Source: an uncultured cyanobacterium | Lineage (GTDB): Bacteria > Cyanobacteriota > Cyanobacteriia > PCC-6307 > Cyanobiaceae | Length of the DNA stretch: 64,000 nucleotides | NCBI GenBank assembly: GCA_963697335.1 | Contig: CAVONQ010000018.1 | Span: 256,001 to 320,000, forward strand | Direction: 5' to 3' | Shown: piece by piece, positions 32,978-42,771 of the stretch | Position numbering within the stretch: the first letter of the stretch is position 1 | Layout: each line of letters starts with the position of its first letter | Program-made: the position numbers and the translations under genes | The notes under the pieces: model-generated | Database searches by the model: none | The model's input: the letters and a program-made list of their open reading frames with translations, nothing else | What the model was told of the DNA's origin: nothing

Positions 32978-33760
32978 TCACATGCCGGTGATGCAGTAGC
33001 CGGCGTCCACGTAGATCACCTGGCCGGTGATGCCCGAGGCCAGGGGGCTGGCCAGGAAGGCCGCGGTGGCGCCCACCTCGTCCTGGGTGACGGTGCGCTT
33101 GAGCGGGGCCTTCTCCTCCACGTTGTGGATCATGTCGAGGATGCCGCCGATGGCGGAGCTGGCCAGGGTGCGGATCGGCCCGGCGCTGATGGCATTGACC
33201 CGTACCTGCTGCTCTGGCCCCAACTCGGCAGCCAGATAGCGCACCGAGGCCTCCAGGGCCGCCTTGGCCACGCCCATCACGTTGTAGTTGGGGATGGCGC
33301 GCTCGGCGCCCAGGTAGCTGAGGGTGATCACGCTGGCCCCCTTGCTGAACAGGGGCTTGGCGTGGCGGCAGAGGGGGGCCAGGGAGTAGGCGCTCACCTC
33401 CAGGGCCCGGGCGAAGCCCTCGGGGCTGATGGCGGAGTAGTCGCCCACCAGCTCCTCCTTGCCGGCGAAGGCCAGGCAGTGCACCAGCACATCGATGCAG
33501 CCCCACTGGGCCCTCACCTGATCGAACACTGCTGCGATCTGGGCGGGGTCCTGCACGTTGAGGGGCTCGAACAGGCTGGGGTTCAGCGGCGCGGTGAGTT
33601 CGCGCACCTTGGCCTCGAAGCGGCCCTTCTCATCCGGCAGGTAGGTGACCCCCAGCTCGCAGCCGGCGGCGGCGAGCTGCTGGGCGATGCCCCAGGCGAT
33701 CGAGCGGTTGTTGGCGATGCCGGTGACCAGGGCCTTCTTGCCGCGCAGATCGAGGAGCAT
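32978..33760 (-). CDS. fabI: Enoyl-ACP reductase
   Basis: GIANNRSIAWGIA, YNVMGVAKAALE, NAISAGPIRTLAS. Confidence 0.97.
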   Translation of the reverse strand: MLLDLRGKKALVTGIANNRSIAWGIAQQLAAAGCELGVTYLPDEKGRFEAKVRELTAPLNPSLFEPLNVQDPAQIAAVFDQVRAQWGCIDVLVHCLAFAGKEELVGDYSAISPEGFARALEVSAYSLAPLCRHAKPLFSKGASVITLSYLGAERAIPNYNVMGVAKAALEASVRYLAAELGPEQQVRVNAISAGPIRTLASSAIGGILDMIHNVEEKAPLKRTVTQDEVGATAAFLASPLASGITGQVIYVDAGYCITGM

Positions 33761-34079
33761 GGGGGGAGCCGCAGTGGCACAGGGTGGGCGTGTCATCCTC
33801 CCGCAGCACCTTGCCTGACGACGAGGCGGCTCAGCGAGGCATGGATTGCTTCCCTCCGTAGCCAGGCTCTGAGCGTCAAGCTCCAGGGGCGCTCCGCAAT
33901 CTTCAAGCTGGTCCATCAGCCACCTCATCGCGGCGATGGGTTGAAGGGCCTCAGCACCCGCCTCCACCAAGAGCGCCAATGCTGCCAATTGAGAGTTTCC
34001 GGTGCTCGCAATCATCTGCTGACAGGATGATCGTGTTCTCGTGTAGATAGCCCGTCTGCCATGCGATTTCGATGCAGCG

Positions 34080-35489
34080 TCACAACGCTTTCAGCACTCT
34101 CTTGGCAAAGGTATTGGGATTAAATCCTTTGCCGGGTGTCTGGCCCAGCCGCACGATCACCACGTTGCGGGATGGAATGATCATCACCAGCTGCCCCGCG
34201 AAGCCCCTTGCATAGAACGTGTCGCGGGGGAGATCAGGGAAACGGCCACCTTGATTCAGCCACCAGTGAGCACCGTAGTTTCCCTCGGAGCCGGGGGTGG
34301 GTGTGATCGCATGCTTGACCCAGCCGTGGGGGAGAAGACGCCGATTGCCCCACACGCCATCGTGGAGATAAAGCAACCCGAAACGAGCCCAGTCTCGGGT
34401 CGTGGCGTAGGCAAGTGAGGAGCCCACAAACGTACCGGAAGGATCGGTTTCGAACACTGCGCTGCCCATCCCCAGGGGCTGGAACAGTTGCTCATAGGGA
34501 AAGCGCCAGTAGGCGGCGTCATCCGACATGGCAAGTCGCAGCCCCCTGGTGATGAGATTGCTGTCGCCGGAGGAGTAGTGCCACAGGGTGCCGGGTTTCG
34601 CCTCCAGCGGCTTCCCCGCTGCGTAGGCAGCGGCATCATCGCTGTGCAGGAGCATCTTCACAACATCCGTCTCGAAGTCGCCGTAGACCTCGGTAAAGGC
34701 GAGACCGCTGCTCATGCGCAGCAGCTGGTCGAGGGTGATCGCCCGCCGAGGATCCCCAGGCAAGTGCCACTCGGGAACCTGAACAGGCTTGTCCAGCTGC
34801 AGCAGATTCTCTTTCACGGCGATTCCGACCAAGGCGTGGGTCAGGGCCTTGGTCACGGACCAGCCGATCAGTGGTGTCGCGGGACTGACGCCGCGGGCAT
34901 AGCGCTCCGCCACCACCCATCCGTTTCGTACCACCACGACAGCTCGGGTGCGGCGTGGGTTCTGGGGATCGGGCTCCCTGAAGGCGTCATCCAATGCTTC
35001 CTGCAGCTGCTGTTCGTCTAGAACTCCAGGAGATGCGTCTGGCGCGAGGGGGGCCAGGCGCCAGGGCATGGACGTGCTGGGCGGGTCTGAGCTGACTGGC
35101 CTGGGTTGCTCCGGTAGGGCAACGGGAGGAAAGTCCTGGTGGTAGAGCGAACACCCCAGGTTCGATTGCCGCGTCGCCCGGGCTGAGACCAGTCCCCAAA
35201 GGGCATCGGTGACCACCTCTCCCCGATCATGAATGAGCTTGGCGTTCACCAGACCACGGGCTCGTGCGAGTTCTTCCCCCCAGAGCTGCGCAGCGTCCAT
35301 CTCTGCCATCAGGACCCCGCTGCAGAGGGTCTTGGCGACGTAGGCCGAGCCGGCCTGGGCCAAAACGAGCCGGACGCGGATCTAGTCATAGAGCGTCGCT
35401 GCGGCCGTTCCTGTCAGTCCGAGCAGCACCATCGAGGCCAAGACCATGCATCGCCGCGTCCGAAGCCAGTTCCCACGGCGATCATGCAT
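34080..35489 (-). pseudogene. Beta-lactamase-family serine hydrolase with an in-frame TAG (35382-35384) after the N-terminal anchor
   Basis: SxxK (WSVTK), LLRMSSGL, WHYSSG, ARGFAGQ; upstream in-frame MHDRRGNW...LASMVLLGLTGTAAATLYD*IRVRLV. Confidence 0.75.
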
Positions 35490-35813
35490 ACTCCGCCCCA
35501 TTCATTGAATTGTCAGTTGAAAGCTAATTCTGAGGCAAAGATAGTAGCCCCAGCACACACTCATTGCGCGGCTAGATCGTGAGGGTTTGGGGTGGATTCT
35601 TGCCCCTGCTGCTGTTTGTGCTATGCAAGCTCTTGTTCCTCTCTATGTTGTCAAGAACAGTATGAGCGGGGTCAGTCCATGATCACAGAACAGAGGGGAG
35701 GCCTCCCCCAGCCACGCATTCCAAGCCATGGCTCCCAGGGCTGGTAACCTCTGTTCAGGCATAATCCTCTTGGTTTTCACGAATTGTTCCTTTGAAGCCT
35801 CTGACCCGGCCTC

Positions 35814-36527
35814 ATGGCTCAAGCAACTGATCTGGCACTCCTCAAGCCCATCCCGTGGCTCCCGGGATATTCCCTTTCGGAACTCCTGACTGCTGCGGAT
35901 GGCTGCCATCAAGATGATCAGCCCCTGCTCCTGGCAGTGAATCGTGGTGATGGCATCAGCGCTCCCGTTCTGACTGGTTTGGCCCGTACTCTGTCGGCAG
36001 AAGAGCAGTGCCGCCTTGGCGGCTATCGCCGCAAGGAGGATCAGGAGCGCTTTCTGCTGGGCCGAGTAATGCTGCGCCAGATGTTGGCTCTCTGGATGGA
36101 TCAGCAGCCCCAGCATGTGGCCATCGCCCTGGGTCCACAAGGCAAGCCCTATTGCCGCGGGGGGCCGCAGTTCAACGTCAGCCATTCCGGGGATCTGATT
36201 CTCCTGGCCCTCCACCGCTGCCGGCCTTTGGGGGTGGATGTGGAGCAGGAGCGGCCGGCGCTCAACTGGCAACCCATTGCGCGCCGACTGTTGTCGAGCC
36301 AGCAGGTTGACGCCCTCCTGCAGCGCCCTGTTGCAGACCAGGCCATGGCGTTTCTGCAGGCCTGGTGTCATCTGGAAGCCGAACTGAAGGCCGCTGGTTG
36401 GGGCCTGGCCGCGCCACCTGTGGGCGGATCGGGCGGCCTGATGTGCCACTGGCGGCTCTCCCTCAGCAGGGGTTACGTGGGTGCCCTGGCTGCCGGTCCA
36501 GCCTCAGATTCCTCGCTGAACGGCTGA
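35814..36527 (+). CDS. 4'-phosphopantetheinyl transferase (Sfp/HetI type)
   Basis: GKP, FNVSHSG, LGVDVE, W..LEA.LKA.G.GL. Confidence 0.9.
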   Translation: MAQATDLALLKPIPWLPGYSLSELLTAADGCHQDDQPLLLAVNRGDGISAPVLTGLARTLSAEEQCRLGGYRRKEDQERFLLGRVMLRQMLALWMDQQPQHVAIALGPQGKPYCRGGPQFNVSHSGDLILLALHRCRPLGVDVEQERPALNWQPIARRLLSSQQVDALLQRPVADQAMAFLQAWCHLEAELKAAGWGLAAPPVGGSGGLMCHWRLSLSRGYVGALAAGPASDSSLNG

Positions 36528-36597
36528 GGCCGATGCGCTGCAATGGCCTGAGGCTTCGTCGTTGGGCGAGCCGCCCCCCAGGCCCTGCTGTCACCCG

Positions 36598-37950
36598 ATG
36601 CCACCCGCCGATGCTGCGGCTGATCTGCCCAGCACCTTCCTGGATCGGAAGGACCTCGCGCACACCATCGCCGAACTATTCCCCACGGCCTGTGGAGGGT
36701 TGAGCCCGATCCGCGGTGGCGGCGTGGCTGCCTTGGCCCAGCTCGCCCAGCTGGATCCGATCGCCTATGGCCGCAGCCGCAACCACCTCGACGGTGCCGT
36801 GAGCGGCCTCTCGCCCTACATCCGCCACGGCGTACTCAGCCTGGCTGAGGTGCGCGACGCGGTGTTCCGCTGGCTGGAGCAGCGGGGCTACGGACGCAGC
36901 GGACAGCGGGCTGAGGGCCGGCAGCTTGCCGGCAAGTTGATCAATGAGCTCGGCTGGCGCGACTATTGGCAGCGGCTCTGGCAACAGAGGGGCGACGGGA
37001 TCTGGAACGACCAGGAGCCCCTCAAGACGGGTCATCCCCCCAGCCGCTATGCGGCTGGGCTTCCGGCTGACATTGCGGCGGGCCAAACCGGTCTGGCTTG
37101 CATGGACGCCTTCGCTGGGGAGCTGCTGGGGCGCGGCTGGCTGCACAACCACGCTCGGATGTGGCTGGCCAGCTATGTGGTGCACTGGCGCCAGGTGCAG
37201 TGGCAGGCAGGCGCCCGCTGGTTTCTGGAGCACCTGCTGGATGGAGATCCGGGCAGCAACAACCTCAGTTGGCAGTGGGTGGCCAGCAGCTTCAGCCAGA
37301 AGCCCTACCTCTTCAACCGCGCCAACCTGGAACGCTTCGCGGGGGATCGCCACTGTCGCGGCTGCCAGCTGGCTGGGGGCGGCTGTCCTTTTGAGGCCAG
37401 CTACGAAACCCTCCAGCAACGGCTGTTCGCCCCCTCGCCGGAAGGTCTGGACCAAAGCCTCCCAGCACCGGTGCAGCGACTCGCGGCTCCCGCTCCGCCT
37501 CCGAGGTCGGGCCCACCGCTGGCCCGCCCGTTGGTGTGGGTGCACGGTGAGGCGCTGGGGCCTGCCAACCCTGCCCTGCGCGCCTGGCCCGGGGCGCCTG
37601 CGCTGTTCGTGTTCGACACCTCCCTGATCGCGGCCTCTGGCCTCAGCCGCCAACGGCTGGGCTTCCTCTACGAGTGCGCCCTGGAGCTGCCGGTGAGCCT
37701 CAGGCAGGGGGATGTGGCCGAGCAGGTGCTCGCCTTCGCCGCCCGTCATGGGGCTGATGGCGTGGTGACCTCCGCGGCAGTGGATCCTCGCTTCGAGCTG
37801 ATCTGTCGCCGGATTGCGGCGGCAGTGCCCGTGCAGGTGCTGGAGCCCGAACCCTTTGTGCGGCTGGAGTCGCCCCCCGATCTGCGCCGTTTTTCGCGCT
37901 ACTGGCGCCAGGCCGAGCCCGAGGTGTGGCGCAGCTTTCTCACGGGCTGA
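36598..37950 (+). CDS. Photolyase-like protein with the FAD-binding domain first and a short alpha/beta domain at the C-terminus
   Basis: SRNHLDGAVSGLSPYIRHG, ELGWRDYW, GWLHNHARMWLAS, LLDGDPGSNNLSWQWVA; C-terminal WVHGEAL..., FVFD, RLGFLYEC, RFSRYW. Confidence 0.85.
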   Translation: MPPADAAADLPSTFLDRKDLAHTIAELFPTACGGLSPIRGGGVAALAQLAQLDPIAYGRSRNHLDGAVSGLSPYIRHGVLSLAEVRDAVFRWLEQRGYGRSGQRAEGRQLAGKLINELGWRDYWQRLWQQRGDGIWNDQEPLKTGHPPSRYAAGLPADIAAGQTGLACMDAFAGELLGRGWLHNHARMWLASYVVHWRQVQWQAGARWFLEHLLDGDPGSNNLSWQWVASSFSQKPYLFNRANLERFAGDRHCRGCQLAGGGCPFEASYETLQQRLFAPSPEGLDQSLPAPVQRLAAPAPPPRSGPPLARPLVWVHGEALGPANPALRAWPGAPALFVFDTSLIAASGLSRQRLGFLYECALELPVSLRQGDVAEQVLAFAARHGADGVVTSAAVDPRFELICRRIAAAVPVQVLEPEPFVRLESPPDLRRFSRYWRQAEPEVWRSFLTG

Positions 37951-37955
37951 TGAGC

Positions 37956-38504
37956 TCAATCCCTGGGTTGTGTGGCGTCCCTGAGGAAGGTCTCCTCCCG
38001 CTCCAGCACGGCGGCGGGATCGCTGAGCAGATCCGGCTCCTCCAGCAGCGGGAAGGCCTCCACCTTCACCTGCTCGGGCGTCAGGGGCGGCTCCAGCCAG
38101 CGGAAGCTGCGCTTGGGGTCGGCCTGTTGACAGAGGGCCTCGCTCTGCTGGCGCAGGGCCCGGCGCACGTCCCGCCGCGCCACGGCCTCGAAGAACTCCT
38201 GGCGGCTGGCCAGCCCCGAGCTGAACGGCGCCGTGCCGTTGCCGTTGAACAGCCGCGCCGGGTCGGGCGTCCAGCGCGGCTGGCAGATGTCGCTCTCGCG
38301 CGTGTCGGTGGCGATCCAGATGTGCAGGCCGTAGCCATCGGGCTGGCTCACCACCGCCAGGCCGTCGTGGGGCACGCTGCGCTGCAGGGGAAAGATCGCC
38401 CAGCTGGCCTGGCGGTGGGCCGGCACGCAGCCGGCGCTGAGCAACAACCCCGCCAGGGCCGCGGCGGCCTGCAGGGGAGGGTTCTTTAGCGTGGGGGCAG
38501 GCAT
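37956..38504 (-). CDS. Conserved cyanobacterial-type lipoprotein
   Basis: Lipobox LSAGC; PHDGLAVVSQPDGYGLHIW, RLFNGNG. Confidence 0.75.
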   Translation of the reverse strand: MPAPTLKNPPLQAAAALAGLLLSAGCVPAHRQASWAIFPLQRSVPHDGLAVVSQPDGYGLHIWIATDTRESDICQPRWTPDPARLFNGNGTAPFSSGLASRQEFFEAVARRDVRRALRQQSEALCQQADPKRSFRWLEPPLTPEQVKVEAFPLLEEPDLLSDPAAVLEREETFLRDATQPRD

Positions 38505-38522
38505 CGATGAGGGAACTGGCCC

Positions 38523-39143
38523 ATGGCGCTGACGCCCTCCACCATGCTGCCGTTGGGCACGCCCCTGCCGTTCGGAGTGATCAGGGCCCAGCTGGCCTCT
38601 GGTTCCGCCCAGCAGGTCAGTGGCGAGCCGCTCGACCTCGATCGCCTGGGCCCGCTGCCCCTGCTGGTGCTGTTTCTCTGCGCCCACTGCCCCTTCGTGA
38701 AGCATGTGGAGCAGGAGATCAGCCGCCTGCAGGCCGATGTCGCCGGCCCGCCGCCGCGGCTGCAGATCCTGGCGATCTCGAGCAACAGCGTGCAGACCCA
38801 CCCCCAGGACGGAGCCGAGGGTCTCAGGGCCCAGGCGGCTCGCCACGGCTGGACCTTCCCCTACCTGCTGGATGGCCACCAGGAGATCGCCCGGGCCTTC
38901 CGGGCCGCCTGCACCCCCGATCCCTACCTCTTCGCCCCGGCAGTCGACGGCGCTCTGCAGCTGGTGTATCGCGGCCAGCTCGATGACAGCCGCCCCGGCC
39001 AGGGCCGGGCCGCCGACGGCAAGGATCTGCGCGCTGCCCTCGCCGCCCTTGAGGCGGGAGGTACTCCGGCAGGAGAGCAGCGCCCGGCCATCGGCTGCAA
39101 CATCAAGTGGGATCCAGGTTCAGAACCGGAATGGGCCCGCTGA
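38523..39143 (+). CDS. Thioredoxin-fold (AhpC/TSA-like) protein
   Basis: FLCAHCPFV, AISSN, ACTPD, YRGQLDDSRP, IGCNIKW. Confidence 0.92.
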   Translation: MALTPSTMLPLGTPLPFGVIRAQLASGSAQQVSGEPLDLDRLGPLPLLVLFLCAHCPFVKHVEQEISRLQADVAGPPPRLQILAISSNSVQTHPQDGAEGLRAQAARHGWTFPYLLDGHQEIARAFRAACTPDPYLFAPAVDGALQLVYRGQLDDSRPGQGRAADGKDLRAALAALEAGGTPAGEQRPAIGCNIKWDPGSEPEWAR

Positions 39144-39176
39144 TCCCTGCCGCTCATTGCCTTTATGGTGAGCCGC

Positions 39177-40430
39177 ATGCAAGTGCCACCCTTCAGCCTC
39201 GGTGAGCAGATCCAGGAGCTGGGTGGCGCACTGGATGAGGCCGTGTTGACCGTGCTGCGTAGCGGCCAGTACATCGGCGGCCCCACGATCGCCGCCTTTG
39301 AGGCCGCCTTCGCCGAGGCCTGCGGTGTGCCCCACGCGGTGGGCTGCAACAGCGGCACCGACTCCCTGGTGCTCGCCCTGCGCAGCCTGGGGATCGGCCC
39401 CGGCGATGAGGTGATCACCTCCTCCTTCAGTTTCTTCGCCACCGCCGAGGCGATCAGCGCCGTGGGGGCCACGCCGGTGTTCGTGGACGTGGACCCCGCC
39501 ACCTACCTGATCAATCTGGATCTGGTCGAGGCGGCGATCACCCCGGCCACCCGGGCCTTGCTGCCCGTGCATCTGTTCGGCCGGCCGGTGGACATGGAGC
39601 GCATTGGTGCCATCGCCGCGCGCCATGGCCTCAAGGTGGTGGAAGACTGCGCCCAGGCCACCGGCGCCCGCTGGGCCGGCCGGCCGGTGGGCAGCTGGGG
39701 CGATGCCGGCTGCTTCAGCTTCTTCCCCACCAAGAATCTCGGTGCCGCCGGCGATGGCGGCGCCGTGGTGTGCAGCGATGCCGTGCTGGCCCAGCGGGTG
39801 CGGGAGCTGGCGGTGCACGGCATGCCGCGCCGCTACCTGCACACCGATCTCGGCTACAACAGCCGCCTCGACGCGCTACAGGCGGCGGTGCTGGCGGTGA
39901 AGCTGCCGCACCTGCCCCGCTGGCTCGAGTCCCGCCGGGCGATCGCCGCCCGCTACCACAGCCAGCTGGCGGGGCTGCCCGGGGTCGCCCTGCCGGCGGC
40001 CGGGCCGGAGGGCCACAGCTGGAACCAGTTCGTGCTGCGGGTGCCGGCCTGCCCGATCGGCGCTGCGGCCTGCGGCGCCGGGGGGGAAGCGCCCTGTGGT
40101 CCCGCCGCAGACATGGATGCCTTTGGCCTGCCGCAGGGCTGCTGCCGCGACTGGCTCAAGCAGCAGCTGCAGGAGGCGGGCGTGAGCACGATCATCTACT
40201 ACCCGATCCCCATTCACCGCCAGCCGGCCTATGCCGCCCTGGGCTACGGGCCCGGCAGCCTGCCCGTCACCGAGCGGCTCTGTGCCGAGGTGCTGAGCCT
40301 GCCAATCTTCCCGGAGCTCTCCCTGGCCCAGCAGCAGCGGGTGGTGGAGGCCCTGGGCCAGTTGCTGGCACGGCCCGGCGACGTTCCGGCCCCCAGCAGC
40401 CTGCCGGATCGGGCCAGCTGCGCGGTCTGA
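39177..40430 (+). CDS. DegT/DnrJ/EryC1/StrS aminotransferase
   Basis: NSGTDSL, VHLFG, EDCAQA, SFFPTKNLG..GDGG, GYNSRLD, LSLPIFPEL. Confidence 0.95.
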   Translation: MQVPPFSLGEQIQELGGALDEAVLTVLRSGQYIGGPTIAAFEAAFAEACGVPHAVGCNSGTDSLVLALRSLGIGPGDEVITSSFSFFATAEAISAVGATPVFVDVDPATYLINLDLVEAAITPATRALLPVHLFGRPVDMERIGAIAARHGLKVVEDCAQATGARWAGRPVGSWGDAGCFSFFPTKNLGAAGDGGAVVCSDAVLAQRVRELAVHGMPRRYLHTDLGYNSRLDALQAAVLAVKLPHLPRWLESRRAIAARYHSQLAGLPGVALPAAGPEGHSWNQFVLRVPACPIGAAACGAGGEAPCGPAADMDAFGLPQGCCRDWLKQQLQEAGVSTIIYYPIPIHRQPAYAALGYGPGSLPVTERLCAEVLSLPIFPELSLAQQQRVVEALGQLLARPGDVPAPSSLPDRASCAV

Positions 40431-40599
40431 ATCCTGACCTGCCTGTGCGGAGTGCATCGGTGAGCAAGCTGTGGCCCTGCACGTTCCCCAAGCCCTGCAG
40501 GGCTCGTGACGACACGGTGGCTCTTCTCTCTGAGGGAGCCTCGGCCAGCTGGAGGATTCAGTGGCTGACCTGGCTGAAAGGAGCGCCTATCGGCTGAGC

Positions 40600-42105
40600 T
40601 CAGCGCCCCAGCCCCGCATAGAGCCCCTTGAACCTGGCCTGCTGTTCCTTGTGGTTCACGATCGGCTCCGGGTAGCCGCGCCGCTCCAGGGGGGCGATGG
40701 CGCCGCTGATCAGATCGGCCGTGGCCACATGGCGCAGCTCCGGCAGCCAGGTGCGGATGTAGCGGGCCTCCGGATCGAACTTGGCGGCCTGGGTGAAGGG
40801 GTTGAAGATGCGCAGCGGTTTGGGGTCCATGCCGCTGCTGGCGCTCCACTGCCAGCCGCCATTGTTGGCGGCCAGATCACCATCCACCAGCCGCGCCATG
40901 AAGGCCCGTTCGCCCCAGCGCCAGTCGCAGATCAGATCCTTCACCAGGAAGGAGGCCACGATCATGCGGCAGCGGTTGTGCACCCAGCCGCTGGCGTTGA
41001 GCTGCCGCATCGCCGCATCCACGATCGGCACGCCGGTGAGGCCGTCGCACCAGGCCTGGAAGCGCCCGGCATCGTTCTCCCAGGGGAAGCGCCGCCACTG
41101 GGCCCGGTAGGGGCCATCGGCCAGCTCGGGGAAATGGAACAGGGCCTGCTGATAGAACTCGCGCCAGGCCAGCTCCTGCTCCCACACCGTGATCGACTGC
41201 TCGGCCTCACTGCTGCGGGCCAGCTGGCGGGCCTGCTGGGCGGCGGCCCAGGCCTGGCGTGGGCTGAGGGTGCCGAACTTCAGCGCCGCGCTCAGCCCGG
41301 AGGTGCCGGCCTCGCCGGGCAGGTTGCGGCCCGGCTCGTAGCCCAGCAGCGGCCCGCCATCGCAGAAGGCCTGCAGCTGCTCCAGGGCGGCGGCTTCGCC
41401 GGGGCGGCAGGGGCAGAGATCACGGCCGCTGAAGCTGGGGGACAGATGCAGCCCCGTGGTGGGATCAGGCTGCACGAACGAAAGGGCTGGCTCGGTGCCC
41501 TGTGTCAGCGTCGCCAGTTGGGACGGGTCGAGATCCCGCAGGCCAGTGGGAGCCGGCACGGGTTCGAGGCCGCCGCTGCTGGCGGCGCCCAGCCTGGCCC
41601 GAGCCTCCACCTGGCCGCGCCAGTTGCGCCAGAAGGGGCCATACACCCGGTAGGGATCGCCCTGGCCGGTGCGCAGCGCCTCCGGGGGAATCAATAGCTG
41701 ATCCCAGTCCACCAGCACCCGCTGCCCCTGGCCCTGCAGCGCCGCCGCGACCCGCCTGTCACGATCGCGGCCGTAGGGCTCCACATCCCGGTTCCAGGCC
41801 ACCACCGCCGCACCCAGGGCCAGGGCCAGCCGGGGCAGCACCACAGCAGGGTCGCCCCCCAGCACCAGCAGGCGGCTGCCGGCCTGGTGCCAGCGCTGCT
41901 GCAGCTCCCTGAGGCTCTCGGCCAGGAACCACAGCCTGGCGGGGGCCAGGTCCGGTGCCTCCAGGAGGCCGGGATCCAGCACGAACACACCGGTCACGGC
42001 CGGGGTGGCCCGCGCCGCGGCGGCCAGGCCGAGGTTGTCGGCCATCCGCAGGTCGCGGCGGTGCCAGAACAGCCAGCGCTCAGGCCTCTTCTGCGCTGCA
42101 GCCAT
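40600..42105 (-). CDS. phrA: Deoxyribodipyrimidine (CPD) photolyase, class I type
   Basis: WHRRDLRMADN, TSGLSAALKFG, ELAWREFY, TGVPIVDAAMRQL, HNRCRM, DLAANNGGWQW, RIFNP. Confidence 0.93.
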   Translation of the reverse strand: MAAAQKRPERWLFWHRRDLRMADNLGLAAAARATPAVTGVFVLDPGLLEAPDLAPARLWFLAESLRELQQRWHQAGSRLLVLGGDPAVVLPRLALALGAAVVAWNRDVEPYGRDRDRRVAAALQGQGQRVLVDWDQLLIPPEALRTGQGDPYRVYGPFWRNWRGQVEARARLGAASSGGLEPVPAPTGLRDLDPSQLATLTQGTEPALSFVQPDPTTGLHLSPSFSGRDLCPCRPGEAAALEQLQAFCDGGPLLGYEPGRNLPGEAGTSGLSAALKFGTLSPRQAWAAAQQARQLARSSEAEQSITVWEQELAWREFYQQALFHFPELADGPYRAQWRRFPWENDAGRFQAWCDGLTGVPIVDAAMRQLNASGWVHNRCRMIVASFLVKDLICDWRWGERAFMARLVDGDLAANNGGWQWSASSGMDPKPLRIFNPFTQAAKFDPEARYIRTWLPELRHVATADLISGAIAPLERRGYPEPIVNHKEQQARFKGLYAGLGR

Positions 42106-42665
42106 CAGAGCCCCAACAGCTGCTTGGCCCGCAGCCAGGCGCTGACGCTCTTGCCATCGAGGTATTCATCGCCGCTGGCCAGGGCCGCGTCCAGCTCATC
42201 GGGCTGCAGCAGCAGCACCTCCAGGTCTTCGTCGTCGTCGCCGGCTGGCTGGTCGGTGAGGGCCGTGAGCTGGCGGGCCAGGAACAGGTGGATCACTTCA
42301 TCGGAATAGCCGGGGCAGGGCAGCAGGGTGCCGAGCGGATCCCAGCGCTCAGCGCTGTAGCCCGCCTCCTCCTGCAGCTCCCGCTGGATCGTGCTCAGGG
42401 GCGTTTCGCCCGGATCCAGGGTGCCGGCGGGGAACTCCAGCAACCGGGTGGCCACCGCGAAGCGGTACTGGCGCAGCACCACCAGGCGGCCGTCGTCGAG
42501 CATCGGCACCGCCAGGGCGGCGCCGGGGTGGCGAATCACCCCGAAGCTGGCCTCCAGGCCCATGGGCAGGGCCACCCGGTTCACCTCAAACCGCAGCTTG
42601 TGGGCCTGCAGGGTGGCGATGGTGTCGAGATGGCGCGCGGGCTCGGGAGCGGGCAGGGGCGCCAT
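42105..42665 (-). CDS. NUDIX hydrolase (ADP-ribose pyrophosphatase-like)
   Basis: Nudix box PAGTLDPGE...RELQEEAG; RQYRF. Confidence 0.93.
   Translation of the reverse strand: MAPLPAPEPARHLDTIATLQAHKLRFEVNRVALPMGLEASFGVIRHPGAALAVPMLDDGRLVVLRQYRFAVATRLLEFPAGTLDPGETPLSTIQRELQEEAGYSAERWDPLGTLLPCPGYSDEVIHLFLARQLTALTDQPAGDDDEDLEVLLLQPDELDAALASGDEYLDGKSVSAWLRAKQLLGL
42469..42665. repeat. Direct repeat copy 1 (5' 197 bp of the NUDIX gene)
   Basis: Matches 44515-44711 with about 8 mismatches by manual alignment. Confidence 0.92.
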
Positions 42666-42771
42666 CGGCTGAGGTGCTTTGCGGTGGAGGCATTCTGGCG
42701 GCACCGCCGGCACCACAGCAGCGCCGGAATCGCTGTCGCCCTGGAACCGGCTGGGTCTGGGGTGGCCGCCC

